Shown here: piece by piece, positions 1 through 10,079 of the stretch
How positions within the stretch are numbered: position 1 is the stretch's first letter
How the letters are laid out: every line of letters starts with the position of its first letter
From: an uncultured Bifidobacteriaceae bacterium
Lineage (GTDB): Bacteria > Verrucomicrobiota > Verrucomicrobiia > Limisphaerales > UBA11358
Length of the DNA: 64,000 nucleotides
Direction: 5' to 3'
NCBI GenBank assembly: GCA_964536285.1
Contig: CAZHXG010000005.1
Span: forward strand, 7,565-71,564
The notes under the pieces: generated by a model
The model's input: the letters and a program-made list of their open reading frames with translations, nothing else
What the model was told of the DNA's origin: nothing
Databases searched by the model: none
Translations under genes and position numbers: made by a program

Positions 1-106
1 CGTCCACATGCAAAATTCGATTGGGTGCTTTTACGTTCACGGGCAAACTCTAATTGACCCTAAATTTCTTCCGTGTCAAATCTTCGCATGATGGCACGGA
101 CAAAAG

Positions 107-568
107 TTGTCCAAGCAAATGACAAAAGATGATGAGCAATTCCGGACAAAAAATGCTCTATTGTTACCGGATGAAACCGATTTTCATTCACCTATGAACG
201 AACTCATTAAAAATCTTCTGAAACTTCAATCGCTCGAATTTGAAAAACAAGTGGAACCAGACACGGAAAAACGGATCGCGGAGTTACGTGCTAAAATCCC
301 AACACCGATCCTCGCACACTATGACCGTCTGGTGGCGCGCGGCAAAAAAGGCACCGCTGCCATCCGCAATGAAGTTTGCACCGGCTGCCACATGCACGTG
401 CCGCGCAACGTGGTGTTGACGCTGATGCACGACGAAGACATTCAGCTCTGCGAAAACTGCGGACGCTATCTTTATTTGCCCGAACAATCGGAATTTCTGA
501 TCCCGGAGACGCCAAAAAAAATTTCCAGAAAACCGCGCAGACGCAATGGACTGTTGCACGCCGCCTGA
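107..568 (+). CDS. C4 zinc-ribbon / coiled-coil protein (COG1579, DUF164-like)
   Basis: 153-codon ORF with a helical N-terminal part (LIKNLLKLQSLEFEKQ) and a C-terminal CxxC...CxxC ribbon (CTGCHMHV...CENCGRYLYL). The track start at 107 is TTG; ATG alternatives are at 119 and 194, so the start is uncertain. Confidence 0.55.
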   Translation: MSKQMTKDDEQFRTKNALLLPDETDFHSPMNELIKNLLKLQSLEFEKQVEPDTEKRIAELRAKIPTPILAHYDRLVARGKKGTAAIRNEVCTGCHMHVPRNVVLTLMHDEDIQLCENCGRYLYLPEQSEFLIPETPKKISRKPRRRNGLLHAA

Positions 569-572
569 AAAC

Positions 573-600
573 AAAAAAACCGGCAGATCGCCGGCCTTTT
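573..600. terminator. Candidate bidirectional intrinsic terminator between convergent genes
   Basis: A-run 573-579, GC stem ccggc (580-584) / gccgg (590-594) with a 5-nt loop, then T-run 597-600. It reads as stem plus U-tract on both strands and sits between the zinc-ribbon gene and rplW. The stem is short. Confidence 0.45.
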
Positions 601-621
601 GCGTCTGAAAAATCGAACCGA

Positions 622-903
622 TCAAGTCAAAACGATTTTGTCGCCGTCTTTCAACGTGACAATCGCTTTTTTCCAACTCGGCGCCTGTCCGGCCTGCGAT
701 GTACGCTGGCGGCGAAATTTTCCGCGCACGTTTAGTGTGTTGACCTTCGTGACCTTGACCTTGAAAAGTTCCTGCACGGCCTGACGAATTTCCGTCTTGT
801 TCGCGCGGCGGTCGGCTACGACGGTGTATTGATTGAACTTCTCGCCCTGGCGCGTGCCTTTTTCCGTCAGGCGGACGGTCTTGATGACTTCAAAAGCGTT
901 CAT
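622..903 (-). CDS. rplW: 50S ribosomal protein L23 (uL23)
   Basis: 93 aa, MNAFEVIKTVRLTEKG...KKAIVTL, typical uL23. ATG start, immediately downstream of rplD. Confidence 0.95.
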   Translation of the reverse strand: MNAFEVIKTVRLTEKGTRQGEKFNQYTVVADRRANKTEIRQAVQELFKVKVTKVNTLNVRGKFRRQRTSQAGQAPSWKKAIVTLKDGDKIVLT

Positions 904-949
904 GGTTCGTTAAATCGTGAATCGTTAAATTGTTGAATCGGTCGCGCAA

Positions 950-1576
950 TCAATCATTGGCAAGTCGAGCTTCGACTTTTTCAAATGCGCTCTTCGTGAA
1001 AAGCAGCTTGTCGGGACGCAGCACGTCATATGTGTTGAGCGAATCGCTCGTCGCCAGCGCGATTTTTTCGATGTTGCGCGACGCGAGCGTCAAATTTTTG
1101 TCCGTGCCGGACGAGACAACCAGCGTCGTGCCTTTCAATTCCAACGCGGAAATGACGCCAACGAATTCTTTCGTCTTCGACGAAGATAATTTCAAATCGT
1201 CCACGACGACCACGTCGCCGGCCTTGAGCCGTTCGCTCAACGCCTTGCGCAGCGCGAGCGCGCGGGTTTTCTTGGAAACTTTTTTGCTAAAATCGCGCGG
1301 CCTCGGCCCGAAGACCACGCCGCCGCCAGCCCACAACGGCGAACGGAACGAGCCGGCGCGGGCGCGACCGGTGCCCTTTTGTTTCCACGGCTTCTTGTTT
1401 GTGCCCGCGACTTCGCCGACAGTTTTTGTCGAAGCCGTTCCGCTACGTTGCGCGGCCTGATGCGCGACAACCGTGTCGTGGACGGCCTGCGTACCTTTTC
1501 CATCTTCAACCAGCGCAAACTTCACTTCGAGTTCGCCCTGATTTTTCCCTGCGATATTTTTAATGGCAATTTTCAT
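950..1576 (-). CDS. rplD: 50S ribosomal protein L4 (uL4)
   Basis: 208 aa with the uL4 core (KPWKQKGTGRARAGSFRSPLWAGGGVVFGPRPRDF). Lies in the S10-operon order rpsJ-rplC-rplD-rplW. Confidence 0.95.
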   Translation of the reverse strand: MKIAIKNIAGKNQGELEVKFALVEDGKGTQAVHDTVVAHQAAQRSGTASTKTVGEVAGTNKKPWKQKGTGRARAGSFRSPLWAGGGVVFGPRPRDFSKKVSKKTRALALRKALSERLKAGDVVVVDDLKLSSSKTKEFVGVISALELKGTTLVVSSGTDKNLTLASRNIEKIALATSDSLNTYDVLRPDKLLFTKSAFEKVEARLAND

Positions 1577-1584
1577 GGCCTAAA

Positions 1585-2313
1585 TTATTTCTTGGCTTCG
1601 GCGGGTTTCGCCTCGGCTTTCTTTTCGGCGGCGGCCTTCTTCTTCATCGGCGCGGCGCTGACCGGCGGCTTCCAGCCCTTCGGACGTTTCTTGGATTCGC
1701 GGATGACGATGTAATCGCCTTCCGAACCGGGGATCGAGCCTTTGATTAGCAAAAGATTTTCCGCCTCGCGTACCTGGATGATTTCGAGGTTCTGCGTCGT
1801 GCGCTGAACTTGTCCCATGTGGCCGGGCATTTTCAAACCGCGCATGACCGTTCCGGGAAAAAGTCGTTGGCCGATTGCGCCGTTGCGCCGGTGAAATCCC
1901 TTGGCGCCGTGCGTCGAATCACCGCCGGCGAAACGATGGCGTTTCACGACGCCTTCAAAACCGCGCCCTTTCGTGACGCCAATCGCGTCAATGAAATCGC
2001 CCGGGGCAAAAAGTGTCGGGCCGACAACGTCGCCGGGCTTCACGTCTTTTGAAAAATTGCGGAATTCCTTGATGCGTTTGACCGCCGTGCCGTTGTGTTT
2101 CTTGATGTGGCCGAGCAACGGTTTGGTGACGCGCTGTTCCTTTTGATCGTCGAAGCCGAGTTGAACGGAATTGTAACCGTCCTTGCCCGCCTGCGATTTC
2201 ACCTGCAGCACGCGATTCGGTCCGGCGAGCACGACCGTGACGGCCATGACATTGCCGCGCGAATCATAAACGCGCGTGTGTCCGAGTTTTTTTCCTAAAA
2301 GTCCGAGTGGCAT
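1585..2313 (-). CDS. rplC: 50S ribosomal protein L3 (uL3) with Lys/Ala-rich C-terminal tail
   Basis: 242 aa with uL3 blocks (GLLGKKLGHTRVY, GVTKGRGFEGVVKRH). It has an extra tail, KKKAAAEKKAEAKPAEAKK. Confidence 0.95.
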   Translation of the reverse strand: MPLGLLGKKLGHTRVYDSRGNVMAVTVVLAGPNRVLQVKSQAGKDGYNSVQLGFDDQKEQRVTKPLLGHIKKHNGTAVKRIKEFRNFSKDVKPGDVVGPTLFAPGDFIDAIGVTKGRGFEGVVKRHRFAGGDSTHGAKGFHRRNGAIGQRLFPGTVMRGLKMPGHMGQVQRTTQNLEIIQVREAENLLLIKGSIPGSEGDYIVIRESKKRPKGWKPPVSAAPMKKKAAAEKKAEAKPAEAKK

Positions 2314-2324
2314 GGCAGTAGTCG

Positions 2325-2633
2325 TTAAATTTTGATGGTGATGTCCACGCCTGCGGGCAGATTGAGTTTTTTCAATTCGTCCACGGTCTTGGCGGTCGGG
2401 TCGAGGATGTCAATCAGTCGCTTGTGGGTGCGTTGCTCGAAAGTTTCCTGCGATTTCTTGTCCGCGTGCGGAGAGCGCTGGACGGTGAAGCGCTCGATGC
2501 GGGTCGGCAGCGGGATCGGCCCGGCGACGCGCGCGCCTGTGCGTTTGACGGTGTCGGCGATTTCGCGCGCCGACTGGTCTATGACGCGATGGTCATAGGC
2601 CTTGAGACGGATTCTGATGCGTTGTGCAGCCAT
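2325..2633 (-). CDS. rpsJ: 30S ribosomal protein S10 (uS10)
   Basis: 102 aa, [17 protein letters not shown]...GPIPLPT...VDITIKI, canonical uS10. Confidence 0.97.
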   Translation of the reverse strand: MAAQRIRIRLKAYDHRVIDQSAREIADTVKRTGARVAGPIPLPTRIERFTVQRSPHADKKSQETFEQRTHKRLIDILDPTAKTVDELKKLNLPAGVDITIKI

Positions 2634-2661
2634 ACAAAGAACAATTTTATAGTTATGGTTG

Positions 2662-4860
2662 TTAAGTTCGTGCCGCAGGCTTCTTGGAGGCGGCGTCCAA
2701 AATCGTGGTCAATACACTATTCGGAACCTGCTCAAAGGTCAATGGTTCCATTGAATAAGATGCGCGGCCTTTTGAAAGCGAACGGATCGCCGTGGCGTAA
2801 CCGAACATTTCGGCCAGCGGCACTTGTGCATTCACAATCGTCTGTCCCTGCTTCGCTTCGATGTTGATGATCATTCCGCGACGACGCGTGATATCGCCGA
2901 TCAAATCGCCCTGATATTCGTCCGGCGTGGTGAGTTCGACCTTCATGATCGGTTCGAGCAAGATCGGATGCGCCTTTTTGAAAGCGTCCTTGAGCGCAAA
3001 AATTCCGGCCATCTTGAACGCGAGCTCGTTCGAATCCACTTCGTGGAACGTGCCATCCGTGACCTGCACCTTGATGTCAATGACCTGATAGCCCGCATAG
3101 ACGCCGCCCTTGATGGCTTCTTCGATGCCGTCAATGACCGCCGGGATGTATTCTTTCGGAATCGCGCCGCCGACGATTTCGTTTTCGATCTCGACGCCCT
3201 TGCCCTTTTCGTTCGGTTGAATCTTGACGCAGGCGTGTCCGTATTGGCCGCGACCGCCGGATTGACGGATGAACTTGCCTTCGCCGTCCGCGTCCTTCGT
3301 GATGGTTTCGCGATAGGCGATCTGCGGCGCGCCGGTGTTGGCGTCCACCTTGAACTCGCGCTTGAGCCGGTCAATGATGATTTCCAAATGCAGCTCGCCC
3401 ATGCCCGCGATGATGAGCTGGCCGGTTTCCTCGTTCGTGAAACAGCGGAACGTCGGATCTTCCTCGGCGAGACGTTGCAAGCCTTCGGACATCTTGTCGC
3501 GATCCTGTTTCGTCTTTGGCTCGACGGCCATCGAAATGACCGGTTCGGGAAACGTCGGCGGTTCGAGCGTCACGTCGTATTCTTCATCTGCGAGCGTGTC
3601 GCCGGTCGTGATGTTGCGCAGACCGACGAGCGCGGCGATGTCACCGGCGAAAACCTCATGAATGTCCTTGCGTTCGCTGCCTTGAATGATCATCAGGCGG
3701 CTGACGCGCTCACGTTTGCGCGTGCGCGGATTGTAAATGTTGTCGCCCTTCTTGAGATGGCCGGAATAAACACGGAAGAACACCAGCTTGCCCGCGTAAG
3801 GGTCGGTCCACAGTTTGAAGGCAAGCGAACAAAATTTATTGCCGTCGCTCGTCTCGACGTGAACGACGTTTTCAGTGCCCGGCTCAAGACCTTCTGCTCC
3901 GGGAACGTCGAGTGGGCTCGGCAAATAATCCACAACCGCGTCCACCAAAACCTGCACGGCTTTTTTCTTGAACGCCGAACCGCAGAGAACGGGAATGAGT
4001 TCGATTTTGCAGGTGAGACGGCGAATCGCCGCTTTCAACGTCGGCGCATCAATCGGTTTTTCTTCGAGAACCAGTTCGGCAATCGCGTCGTCCTTGTTGG
4101 AAACGGCGTCAATCAATTCCGCGAGCGCGGCCTTGGCGCGTTCCTGATGCTCGGCGGGAATTTCTTTGACTTCGTAATTCAACCCTTCATTTGCAACATC
4201 ACCCGGACCCCAGACGAAAGCCTTTTGATTCACGACGTCAATGACGCCTTCAAATTTGTCCTCCGCGCCGATGGGCAGGAAAATCGGGAACGCATACGCG
4301 CGCAGTTTTGTGCGCATGTCGTTGAGCGCGTTTTCAAAATTCGCGCCGGTGCGGTCCATCTTGTTGACGAACGCGATGCGCGGCACTTTGTATTTGGTCG
4401 CCTGACGCCAGACGGTTTCGGATTGCGGTTGCACGCCCGCGACGCCGCAAAACACGGCGACCGCGCCGTCGAGCACGCGCATGGAGCGTTCGACTTCAGC
4501 CGTGAAATCCACGTGACCTGGCGTGTCGATGATGTTGATGCGATGTGGAACGTTGTTGAACGACTTGTAAATTTTATCTTCGCCCGGTTTGATGGTTTTC
4601 TGCGTCCAGAAGCACGTCACGGCGGCGCTTGTGATCGTGATGCCGCGCTCGCGTTCCTGCTCCATCCAGTCCGTCACCGTGTTACCGTCGTCCACGTCGC
4701 CGATCTTGTGGATGAGTCCGGTGTAAAAAAGGATGCGCTCGGTCGTGGTCGTCTTGCCCGCGTCAATGTGCGCCGCGATGCCGATGTTGCGCGTGCGCTC
4801 CAGCGTGTATTCGCGGTTGGGCGAATTGACCGATTTCGATTTTTCAGCGACTGCTTGCAT
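2662..4860 (-). CDS. fusA: Translation elongation factor G
   Basis: 732 aa with G motifs [17 protein letters not shown] and NKMD, plus EF-G domains IV/V. Follows rpsG in the str-operon order. Confidence 0.97.
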   Translation of the reverse strand: MQAVAEKSKSVNSPNREYTLERTRNIGIAAHIDAGKTTTTERILFYTGLIHKIGDVDDGNTVTDWMEQERERGITITSAAVTCFWTQKTIKPGEDKIYKSFNNVPHRINIIDTPGHVDFTAEVERSMRVLDGAVAVFCGVAGVQPQSETVWRQATKYKVPRIAFVNKMDRTGANFENALNDMRTKLRAYAFPIFLPIGAEDKFEGVIDVVNQKAFVWGPGDVANEGLNYEVKEIPAEHQERAKAALAELIDAVSNKDDAIAELVLEEKPIDAPTLKAAIRRLTCKIELIPVLCGSAFKKKAVQVLVDAVVDYLPSPLDVPGAEGLEPGTENVVHVETSDGNKFCSLAFKLWTDPYAGKLVFFRVYSGHLKKGDNIYNPRTRKRERVSRLMIIQGSERKDIHEVFAGDIAALVGLRNITTGDTLADEEYDVTLEPPTFPEPVISMAVEPKTKQDRDKMSEGLQRLAEEDPTFRCFTNEETGQLIIAGMGELHLEIIIDRLKREFKVDANTGAPQIAYRETITKDADGEGKFIRQSGGRGQYGHACVKIQPNEKGKGVEIENEIVGGAIPKEYIPAVIDGIEEAIKGGVYAGYQVIDIKVQVTDGTFHEVDSNELAFKMAGIFALKDAFKKAHPILLEPIMKVELTTPDEYQGDLIGDITRRRGMIINIEAKQGQTIVNAQVPLAEMFGYATAIRSLSKGRASYSMEPLTFEQVPNSVLTTILDAASKKPAART

Positions 4861-4914
4861 TAGAGAATAAAAATGCCCCGACTTTTCAGCCTTCGGGGCT
4901 TGTTCAAATTTACA

Positions 4915-5388
4915 CTACCAGCGGAAATGCGCAAACGCCTTGTTTGCCTGCGCCATCTTGTGGACTTCGTCGCGCTTGCGAATCGCGTTGCCCTGACCCT
5001 GATATGCTTCCAGAATTTCCGCCGCGAGCGCCGCCTTCATCGGCGTACCTTTGCGGGCGTCCGCAAAATCAACGATCCAGCGCAACGCGAGCGCGTTCTG
5101 GCGGTCGCTCGGAATTTCCAGCGGCACTTGATACGTCGCACCGCCGACGCGACGCGCTTTCGTTTCGATGCGCGGCTTGGCGTTGTCCACCGCGCGTTGC
5201 AAAATCTCCACCGGATTGCTCGCCGGATTTTTTTCGGAAATGGTGTCGAACGCACCATAGACAATCCGCTGCGCCGTGCTTTTTTTTCCGCCCTGCATGA
5301 TGGTGTTCACGAGGCGTGAAACCAAAGCGCTGTGAAATTTTCCGTCTTTGGAAACCGGCCGTCTTGTTGCTTGTCGTCTGCGTGACAT
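4915..5388 (-). CDS. rpsG: 30S ribosomal protein S7 (uS7)
   Basis: 157 aa; the uS7 family is recognised from its end (...KMAQANKAFAHFRW) and from its position between rpsL and fusA. Confidence 0.97.
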   Translation of the reverse strand: MSRRRQATRRPVSKDGKFHSALVSRLVNTIMQGGKKSTAQRIVYGAFDTISEKNPASNPVEILQRAVDNAKPRIETKARRVGGATYQVPLEIPSDRQNALALRWIVDFADARKGTPMKAALAAEILEAYQGQGNAIRKRDEVHKMAQANKAFAHFRW

Positions 5389-5433
5389 GAGATTCGTTGA
5401 ATCGTTAAAAAGTTAAATCGTTGAACCTGAAAA

Positions 5434-5844
5434 TTATTTAGCTGGTGCAGCGGCGGCAGCGGCGGCGGCTTTATCCTTCGGTTTCTTCACGCCGTATTTG
5501 GAACGGCTCACTCGTCGCTTCTCGACGCCGGCGGCATCGAGCGTGCCGCGGACGATGTGATAACGCACACCGGGCAAATCCTTCACGCGTCCGCCGCGCA
5601 CAAGGACGATGGAGTGTTCCTGCAAATTATGTCCCTCGTCGGGAATGTAAGCGATGATTTCGTAGCCGTTCGTCAAACGCACTTTCGCCACTTTGCGCAT
5701 CGCCGAGTTCGGCTTCTTGGGCGTGCGCGTCATGACCTGAATGCAAACGCCGCGGCGAAACGGGGAGTTCTCCAAAGCCGGTGACTTGGATTTGTATTTC
5801 ACCTTCCGCCGGCCTTTGCGAACGAGTTGGTTGATTGTCGGCAT
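5434..5844 (-). CDS. rpsL: 30S ribosomal protein S12 (uS12) with poly-Ala C-terminal tail
   Basis: 136 aa, [12 protein letters not shown]...[13 protein letters not shown]...[15 protein letters not shown]. It has an extra tail, [16 protein letters not shown]. Confidence 0.97.
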   Translation of the reverse strand: MPTINQLVRKGRRKVKYKSKSPALENSPFRRGVCIQVMTRTPKKPNSAMRKVAKVRLTNGYEIIAYIPDEGHNLQEHSIVLVRGGRVKDLPGVRYHIVRGTLDAAGVEKRRVSRSKYGVKKPKDKAAAAAAAAPAK

Positions 5845-5868
5845 TTTATATTAAAAATTGGAGCGCGG

Positions 5869-5896
5869 AATATATCAGACGTGCTTTCGGTTGCAA
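5869..5896 (-). promoter_or_regulatory. Candidate sigma70-type promoter for rpsL-rpsG-fusA
   Basis: On the minus strand, TTGCAA (5891-5896), a 16-nt spacer, then TATATT (5869-5874), about 25 nt upstream of the rpsL ATG in the rpoC-rpsL spacer. Motif match only. Confidence 0.25.
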
Positions 5897-5919
5897 CAAG
5901 TATTTGGCGCGTTCCGTGT

Positions 5920-8900
5920 TTATGCCAGCAACGGGTTTTCCGCCGGAACGGTCTCCGCCGGTTCTTCCGCTTCCGGTTCGTCGGGAATTTCAACGAGCAT
6001 CTTGAGTTGCACCCTGCGATGACGATCAAAACCGGTGCCCGCCGGAATGATGTGGCCCATGATGACGTTTTCTTTGAAACCACGGAGCGAATCCACTTTG
6101 GAACGGGTCGCTGCCTCGGTCAAAACGCGGGTCGTATCCTGGAACGACGCCGCGCTCAAGAAGCTGTCGGTTTCGAGCGACGCCTTCGTGATGCCGAGGA
6201 GCACCGGCGACGCTTCGGCGGGTTTGCCGCCCATTTTATCAACACGCTCGTTCTCGGCCTCGAATTCCAATTTGTCAATCTGCTCGCCCCAAAGAAATGT
6301 CGTATCGCCTGGCTCGGTGATGCGAACCTTGCGCAACATCTGGCGCACGATAATTTCAATATGCTTGTCGTTGATCGTTACGCCTTGCAGACGATAAACT
6401 TCCTGTACTTCGCCGACGAGGTGCTCCTGCAATTCCTGCGGCCCGCAAACTTCGAGGATCTCGTGCGGATCCATCGGACCTTCGGTCAATTGCTGGCCTT
6501 TCTTCACCATGTCGCCCTTGAAAACAATGACGTGTTTGCCGATCGGAATGAGATGTTCCTCTTCCAGTTGCGTCTGCGCGTCCTTGATGAGAACGCAGCG
6601 CTTGCCGCGAACGCTTGGACCAAAATCAACGAGACCGTCAATTTTGGATATTTCCGACGCGTCCTTTGGCCGGCGCGCCTCAAACAATTCCGCCACACGC
6701 GGCAGACCGCCGGTGATGTCCTTTGTCTTGGACATCTTGCGCGGAGATTTCGCCAGCAACGTTCCAGCTACAATCTTGTCGCCTTCGCTGACAACGATGT
6801 GCGCACCGGACGGAATCGGATAATTCGCCACGACTTCGCCGCTGTCGTCGCTGATGATGACCTGCGGATGCAAATCTTCCTTGTGTTCGATGATGACCAT
6901 CGCTTCCTGCTGCGTGGTCTCATCCATTTCCTGCTTCATCGTCACGCCTTCGATGATGTCGTGGAATTTAATCTTGCCGGCCTTCTCCGACAAAATAGGG
7001 ACGTTGTACGGATCCCATTGGACGAACGTGTCGCCCTTTTTCACCTTCGCGCCGTCCTTGAATGAAATGACCGCGCCGATGACGATGGTGTGGTTCTCCA
7101 ATTCGCGGCCGTCTTCGGCGAGAATCGAGACTGAACCGTTTTTGTTCAGGACGATGTTGTTGCCGTCTTCGAGTCCGACATAGCGCAATTCGTTGTAATG
7201 AATCACGCCTTCGAACTTGGCCTTGATCTGCGGCTGTTTGAAGACCTGTGACGCCGTGCCGCCGATGTGGAACGTGCGCATCGTGAGCTGCGTGCCGGGT
7301 TCGCCGATGGATTGCGCGGCGATAATGCCGACGGCTTCACCGAGTTTCACCAAACTACCAGTCGCGAGATTGCGGCCGTAACAGTTGATGCAGATGCCGT
7401 GCTTGCTTTCGCAAGTCAGCACCGAGCGGATGCGCATGCGATCAATGCCGGTGGATTCGATGACCTTCGCCTTCGTCTCATCAATTTCCTCGTTCGCGTG
7501 GATGAGAAATTCCTTCGGGTTCGTCGGGTTGACGATGTCGTCGCACGCAAAACGCCCGACCAGACGGTCACCGAGTTTGACCACTTCATCTTCGCCTTCG
7601 TAAACAGCGGAGACCCAGATGCCGTTCGTCGTGCCGCAATCCTGCTCCTGGATGATCACGTCCTGTGAAACGTCCACGAGCTTGCGCGTCATGTAACCGG
7701 AATCGGCGGTCTTGAGCGCGGTGTCGGCCAGACCTTTGCGCGCGCCGTGTGTTGAAATGAAATATTCCAACACCGACAAGCCTTCGCGGAAATTCGCGAG
7801 AATCGGTTTCTCGATGATGTCGCCGCTCGGCTTGGCCATGAGACCGCGCAAACCGGCGAGCTGGCGCACCTGTTGTTTGTTGCCGCGCGCGCCGGAATCC
7901 ACCATCAGATAAACCGGGTTGTATTCCTTCTTGCCCTGGTTAGCTTCAAGCGTCTTGAACATGACGCCGGCGATCTGGTCGGTGCAATGCGTCCAGATGT
8001 CCACGATTTTGTTGTAGCGTTCGCCCGGCGTGATGACACCCTTGCGATATTGCTTCTCAACTTCCTTGATCTGTTTCTGCGCGGCTTCAATCTGTTCGTC
8101 GCGTTCTTTTGGCACGATCATGTCGTCGATGCCGATGCTCACCCCAGACTTCGTCGCTTCGCGAAAGCCGAGCTCTTTCAACCTGTCGAGCATCACGACG
8201 GTTTTGTCGTGGCCGGCAAACTTGTAGCACTTCCAAATCATGTCGCCGAGTTCGGACTTCTTGACGGACTTGTTCGGGAAACCGAGTTCCGTCGGCCAGA
8301 TTTCGCTGAACAACACGCGGCCAACCGTCGTCTCGATGAGTTTTTTGTCCGCATTTCCGAAAACGGTCGGCTTGCCAAAATCAAGATTCGCCAGACGAAT
8401 ACGGTCGTGCGTTTTCAATCCGCCATCGTCGTAGGCAAAAATGATTTCTTCTTTCGTGCCGAAGAGCGGCAGCTTGCGCGAATCGCTCGGCGCCGGCGTG
8501 CGCGGCTCGGCGGTCAGATAATAGCATCCGAGCGTGATGTCCTGCGTCGGTGTGATGATCGGCTTACCGCTTGATGGCGAAAAAATATTGTTCGTCGCCA
8601 TCATCAACAGGCGCGCTTCCATCTGCGCCTCGACCGAGAGCGGAACGTGAACGGCCATCTGGTCACCGTCGAAGTCGGCGTTGTAAGCGGTGCAGACCAG
8701 CGGATGAATGCGAATCGCTTCGCCTTCGATCAGCATCGGCTCGAACGCCTGCACGGACAAACGGTGCAACGTTGGCGCGCGGTTGAGCAACACCGGATGA
8801 CCCTTTGTGACTTCTTCCAAAACGTCCCAAACTTCCTTTGTCTGGCGCTCAATCATTTTCTTCGCGCTGCGAACAGTGTGAACGTAGCCGAGTTCTTTCA

Positions 8901-10065
8901 AGCGGCGGATGATGAACGGCTCGAACAAAACGAGCGCCATCTTCTTCGGCAGACCGCACTGGTTCAATTTCAGTTCCGGCCCGATGACGATGACCGAGCG
9001 GCCTGAATAATCCACGCGCTTGCCGAGCAAATTCTGACGGAAACGTCCGCCCTTGCCCTTGAGCATGTCGCTCAAAGATTTCAGCGAGCGGTTTCCCGCG
9101 CCGGTGACCGGGCGACCGTGACGGCCGTTGTCGAACAACGCGTCCACGGCTTCCTGCAACATGCGTTTTTCGTTGCGGATGATGACTTCCGGCGTCTTGA
9201 GCTGGAGCAGCGTCTTGAGACGGTTGTTCCGGTTGATGACGCGGCGGTAAAGATCGTTCAGGTCGGACGTCGCGAAACGTCCGCCTTCGAGCGGCACCAG
9301 CGGGCGCAAATCCGGCGGAATCACCGGCAGCACCGTAAGAATCATCCATTCGGGACGGCTCTTGGACGATTGCAAACCTTGGAGCAACTTGATCCGCTTC
9401 GCCAATTTTTTGCGGATTTGTTTGCTCTTGGTTTCCGTCATCGCCTGCTGCAATTGATCAATGCCTTTCGCCAAATCCACGCGTGCAAGTGCTTCACGCA
9501 CGGCTTCAGCGCCCATTTTGGCGACGAATGCGTCCGCGCCGTAAGTTTCCTTTGCTTCGCGGAACTCACCTTCGTTGAGCAATTGATTCTGTTTCAGCGC
9601 CGTGTTGCCGGAATCAATCACGAGATAATCCTCGTAATAAATCACGCGCTCCAAATGCCGCGCCGTCATATCCAGAGCCAGGCCGATACGTGAGGGCATG
9701 CACTTGAAAAACCAGATGTGCTGCACGGGTACAGCCAGCTCAATGTGGCCCATGCGTTCACGACGCACGCGAGCGAGCGTCACTTCGACGCCGCAACGGT
9801 CGCAGACGATGCCGCGGTGCTTGATGCGCTTGTATTTTCCGCAGGAGCATTCCCAGTCCTTGACAGGGCCGAAAATGCGTTCGCAAAACAAGCCGCCTTT
9901 TTCCGGCTTGAACGTGCGATAATTGATGGTCTCTGGATTTTTGACTTCGCCCTTGCTCCAAGACCGGATGGCGTCAGGCGACGCGACAGTGATGCCGACG
10001 TAATCCACCTGATTGACCTTGTCCAGTCCGAGCAATTCGCGGGCGTTTTCTTTTGAGCTAATCAT
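5920..10065 (-). CDS. rpoC: DNA-directed RNA polymerase subunit beta'
   Basis: Zinc-binding region ([23 protein letters not shown]) and catalytic motif [12 protein letters not shown]. The track ORF (to 10341) has a 92-codon extension overlapping rpoB, so I use the internal ATG at 10065 ([11 protein letters not shown]), 12 nt after the rpoB stop. Confidence 0.96.
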   Translation of the reverse strand: MISSKENARELLGLDKVNQVDYVGITVASPDAIRSWSKGEVKNPETINYRTFKPEKGGLFCERIFGPVKDWECSCGKYKRIKHRGIVCDRCGVEVTLARVRRERMGHIELAVPVQHIWFFKCMPSRIGLALDMTARHLERVIYYEDYLVIDSGNTALKQNQLLNEGEFREAKETYGADAFVAKMGAEAVREALARVDLAKGIDQLQQAMTETKSKQIRKKLAKRIKLLQGLQSSKSRPEWMILTVLPVIPPDLRPLVPLEGGRFATSDLNDLYRRVINRNNRLKTLLQLKTPEVIIRNEKRMLQEAVDALFDNGRHGRPVTGAGNRSLKSLSDMLKGKGGRFRQNLLGKRVDYSGRSVIVIGPELKLNQCGLPKKMALVLFEPFIIRRLKELGYVHTVRSAKKMIERQTKEVWDVLEEVTKGHPVLLNRAPTLHRLSVQAFEPMLIEGEAIRIHPLVCTAYNADFDGDQMAVHVPLSVEAQMEARLLMMATNNIFSPSSGKPIITPTQDITLGCYYLTAEPRTPAPSDSRKLPLFGTKEEIIFAYDDGGLKTHDRIRLANLDFGKPTVFGNADKKLIETTVGRVLFSEIWPTELGFPNKSVKKSELGDMIWKCYKFAGHDKTVVMLDRLKELGFREATKSGVSIGIDDMIVPKERDEQIEAAQKQIKEVEKQYRKGVITPGERYNKIVDIWTHCTDQIAGVMFKTLEANQGKKEYNPVYLMVDSGARGNKQQVRQLAGLRGLMAKPSGDIIEKPILANFREGLSVLEYFISTHGARKGLADTALKTADSGYMTRKLVDVSQDVIIQEQDCGTTNGIWVSAVYEGEDEVVKLGDRLVGRFACDDIVNPTNPKEFLIHANEEIDETKAKVIESTGIDRMRIRSVLTCESKHGICINCYGRNLATGSLVKLGEAVGIIAAQSIGEPGTQLTMRTFHIGGTASQVFKQPQIKAKFEGVIHYNELRYVGLEDGNNIVLNKNGSVSILAEDGRELENHTIVIGAVISFKDGAKVKKGDTFVQWDPYNVPILSEKAGKIKFHDIIEGVTMKQEMDETTQQEAMVIIEHKEDLHPQVIISDDSGEVVANYPIPSGAHIVVSEGDKIVAGTLLAKSPRKMSKTKDITGGLPRVAELFEARRPKDASEISKIDGLVDFGPSVRGKRCVLIKDAQTQLEEEHLIPIGKHVIVFKGDMVKKGQQLTEGPMDPHEILEVCGPQELQEHLVGEVQEVYRLQGVTINDKHIEIIVRQMLRKVRITEPGDTTFLWGEQIDKLEFEAENERVDKMGGKPAEASPVLLGITKASLETDSFLSAASFQDTTRVLTEAATRSKVDSLRGFKENVIMGHIIPAGTGFDRHRRVQLKMLVEIPDEPEAEEPAETVPAENPLLA

Positions 10066-10079
10066 AAAAATAATTTCAA

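Noticed and set aside
1-57. An open frame running into the window from the left and stopping at 55-57 (...RPHAKFDWVLLRSRANSN*).
   Set aside because: Only 18 codons are visible, so it cannot be evaluated as coding.
2824-4863. A 679-codon ORF on the plus strand covering nearly all of fusA. Similar long antisense ORFs include 5827..7065, 10656..11264, 13593..14624, 15292..15978, 22896..23849, 28417..28905, 31401..32300, 33992..34885, 36625..37362, 42508..43296, 54212..55129, 61429..62727 and 62640..63503.
   Set aside because: Each lies exactly opposite a confidently identified conserved gene. Their translations are Arg/Ala/Val-rich low-complexity strings with no recognisable motifs. They are the expected stop-codon-poor shadow frames of GC-biased coding sequence.
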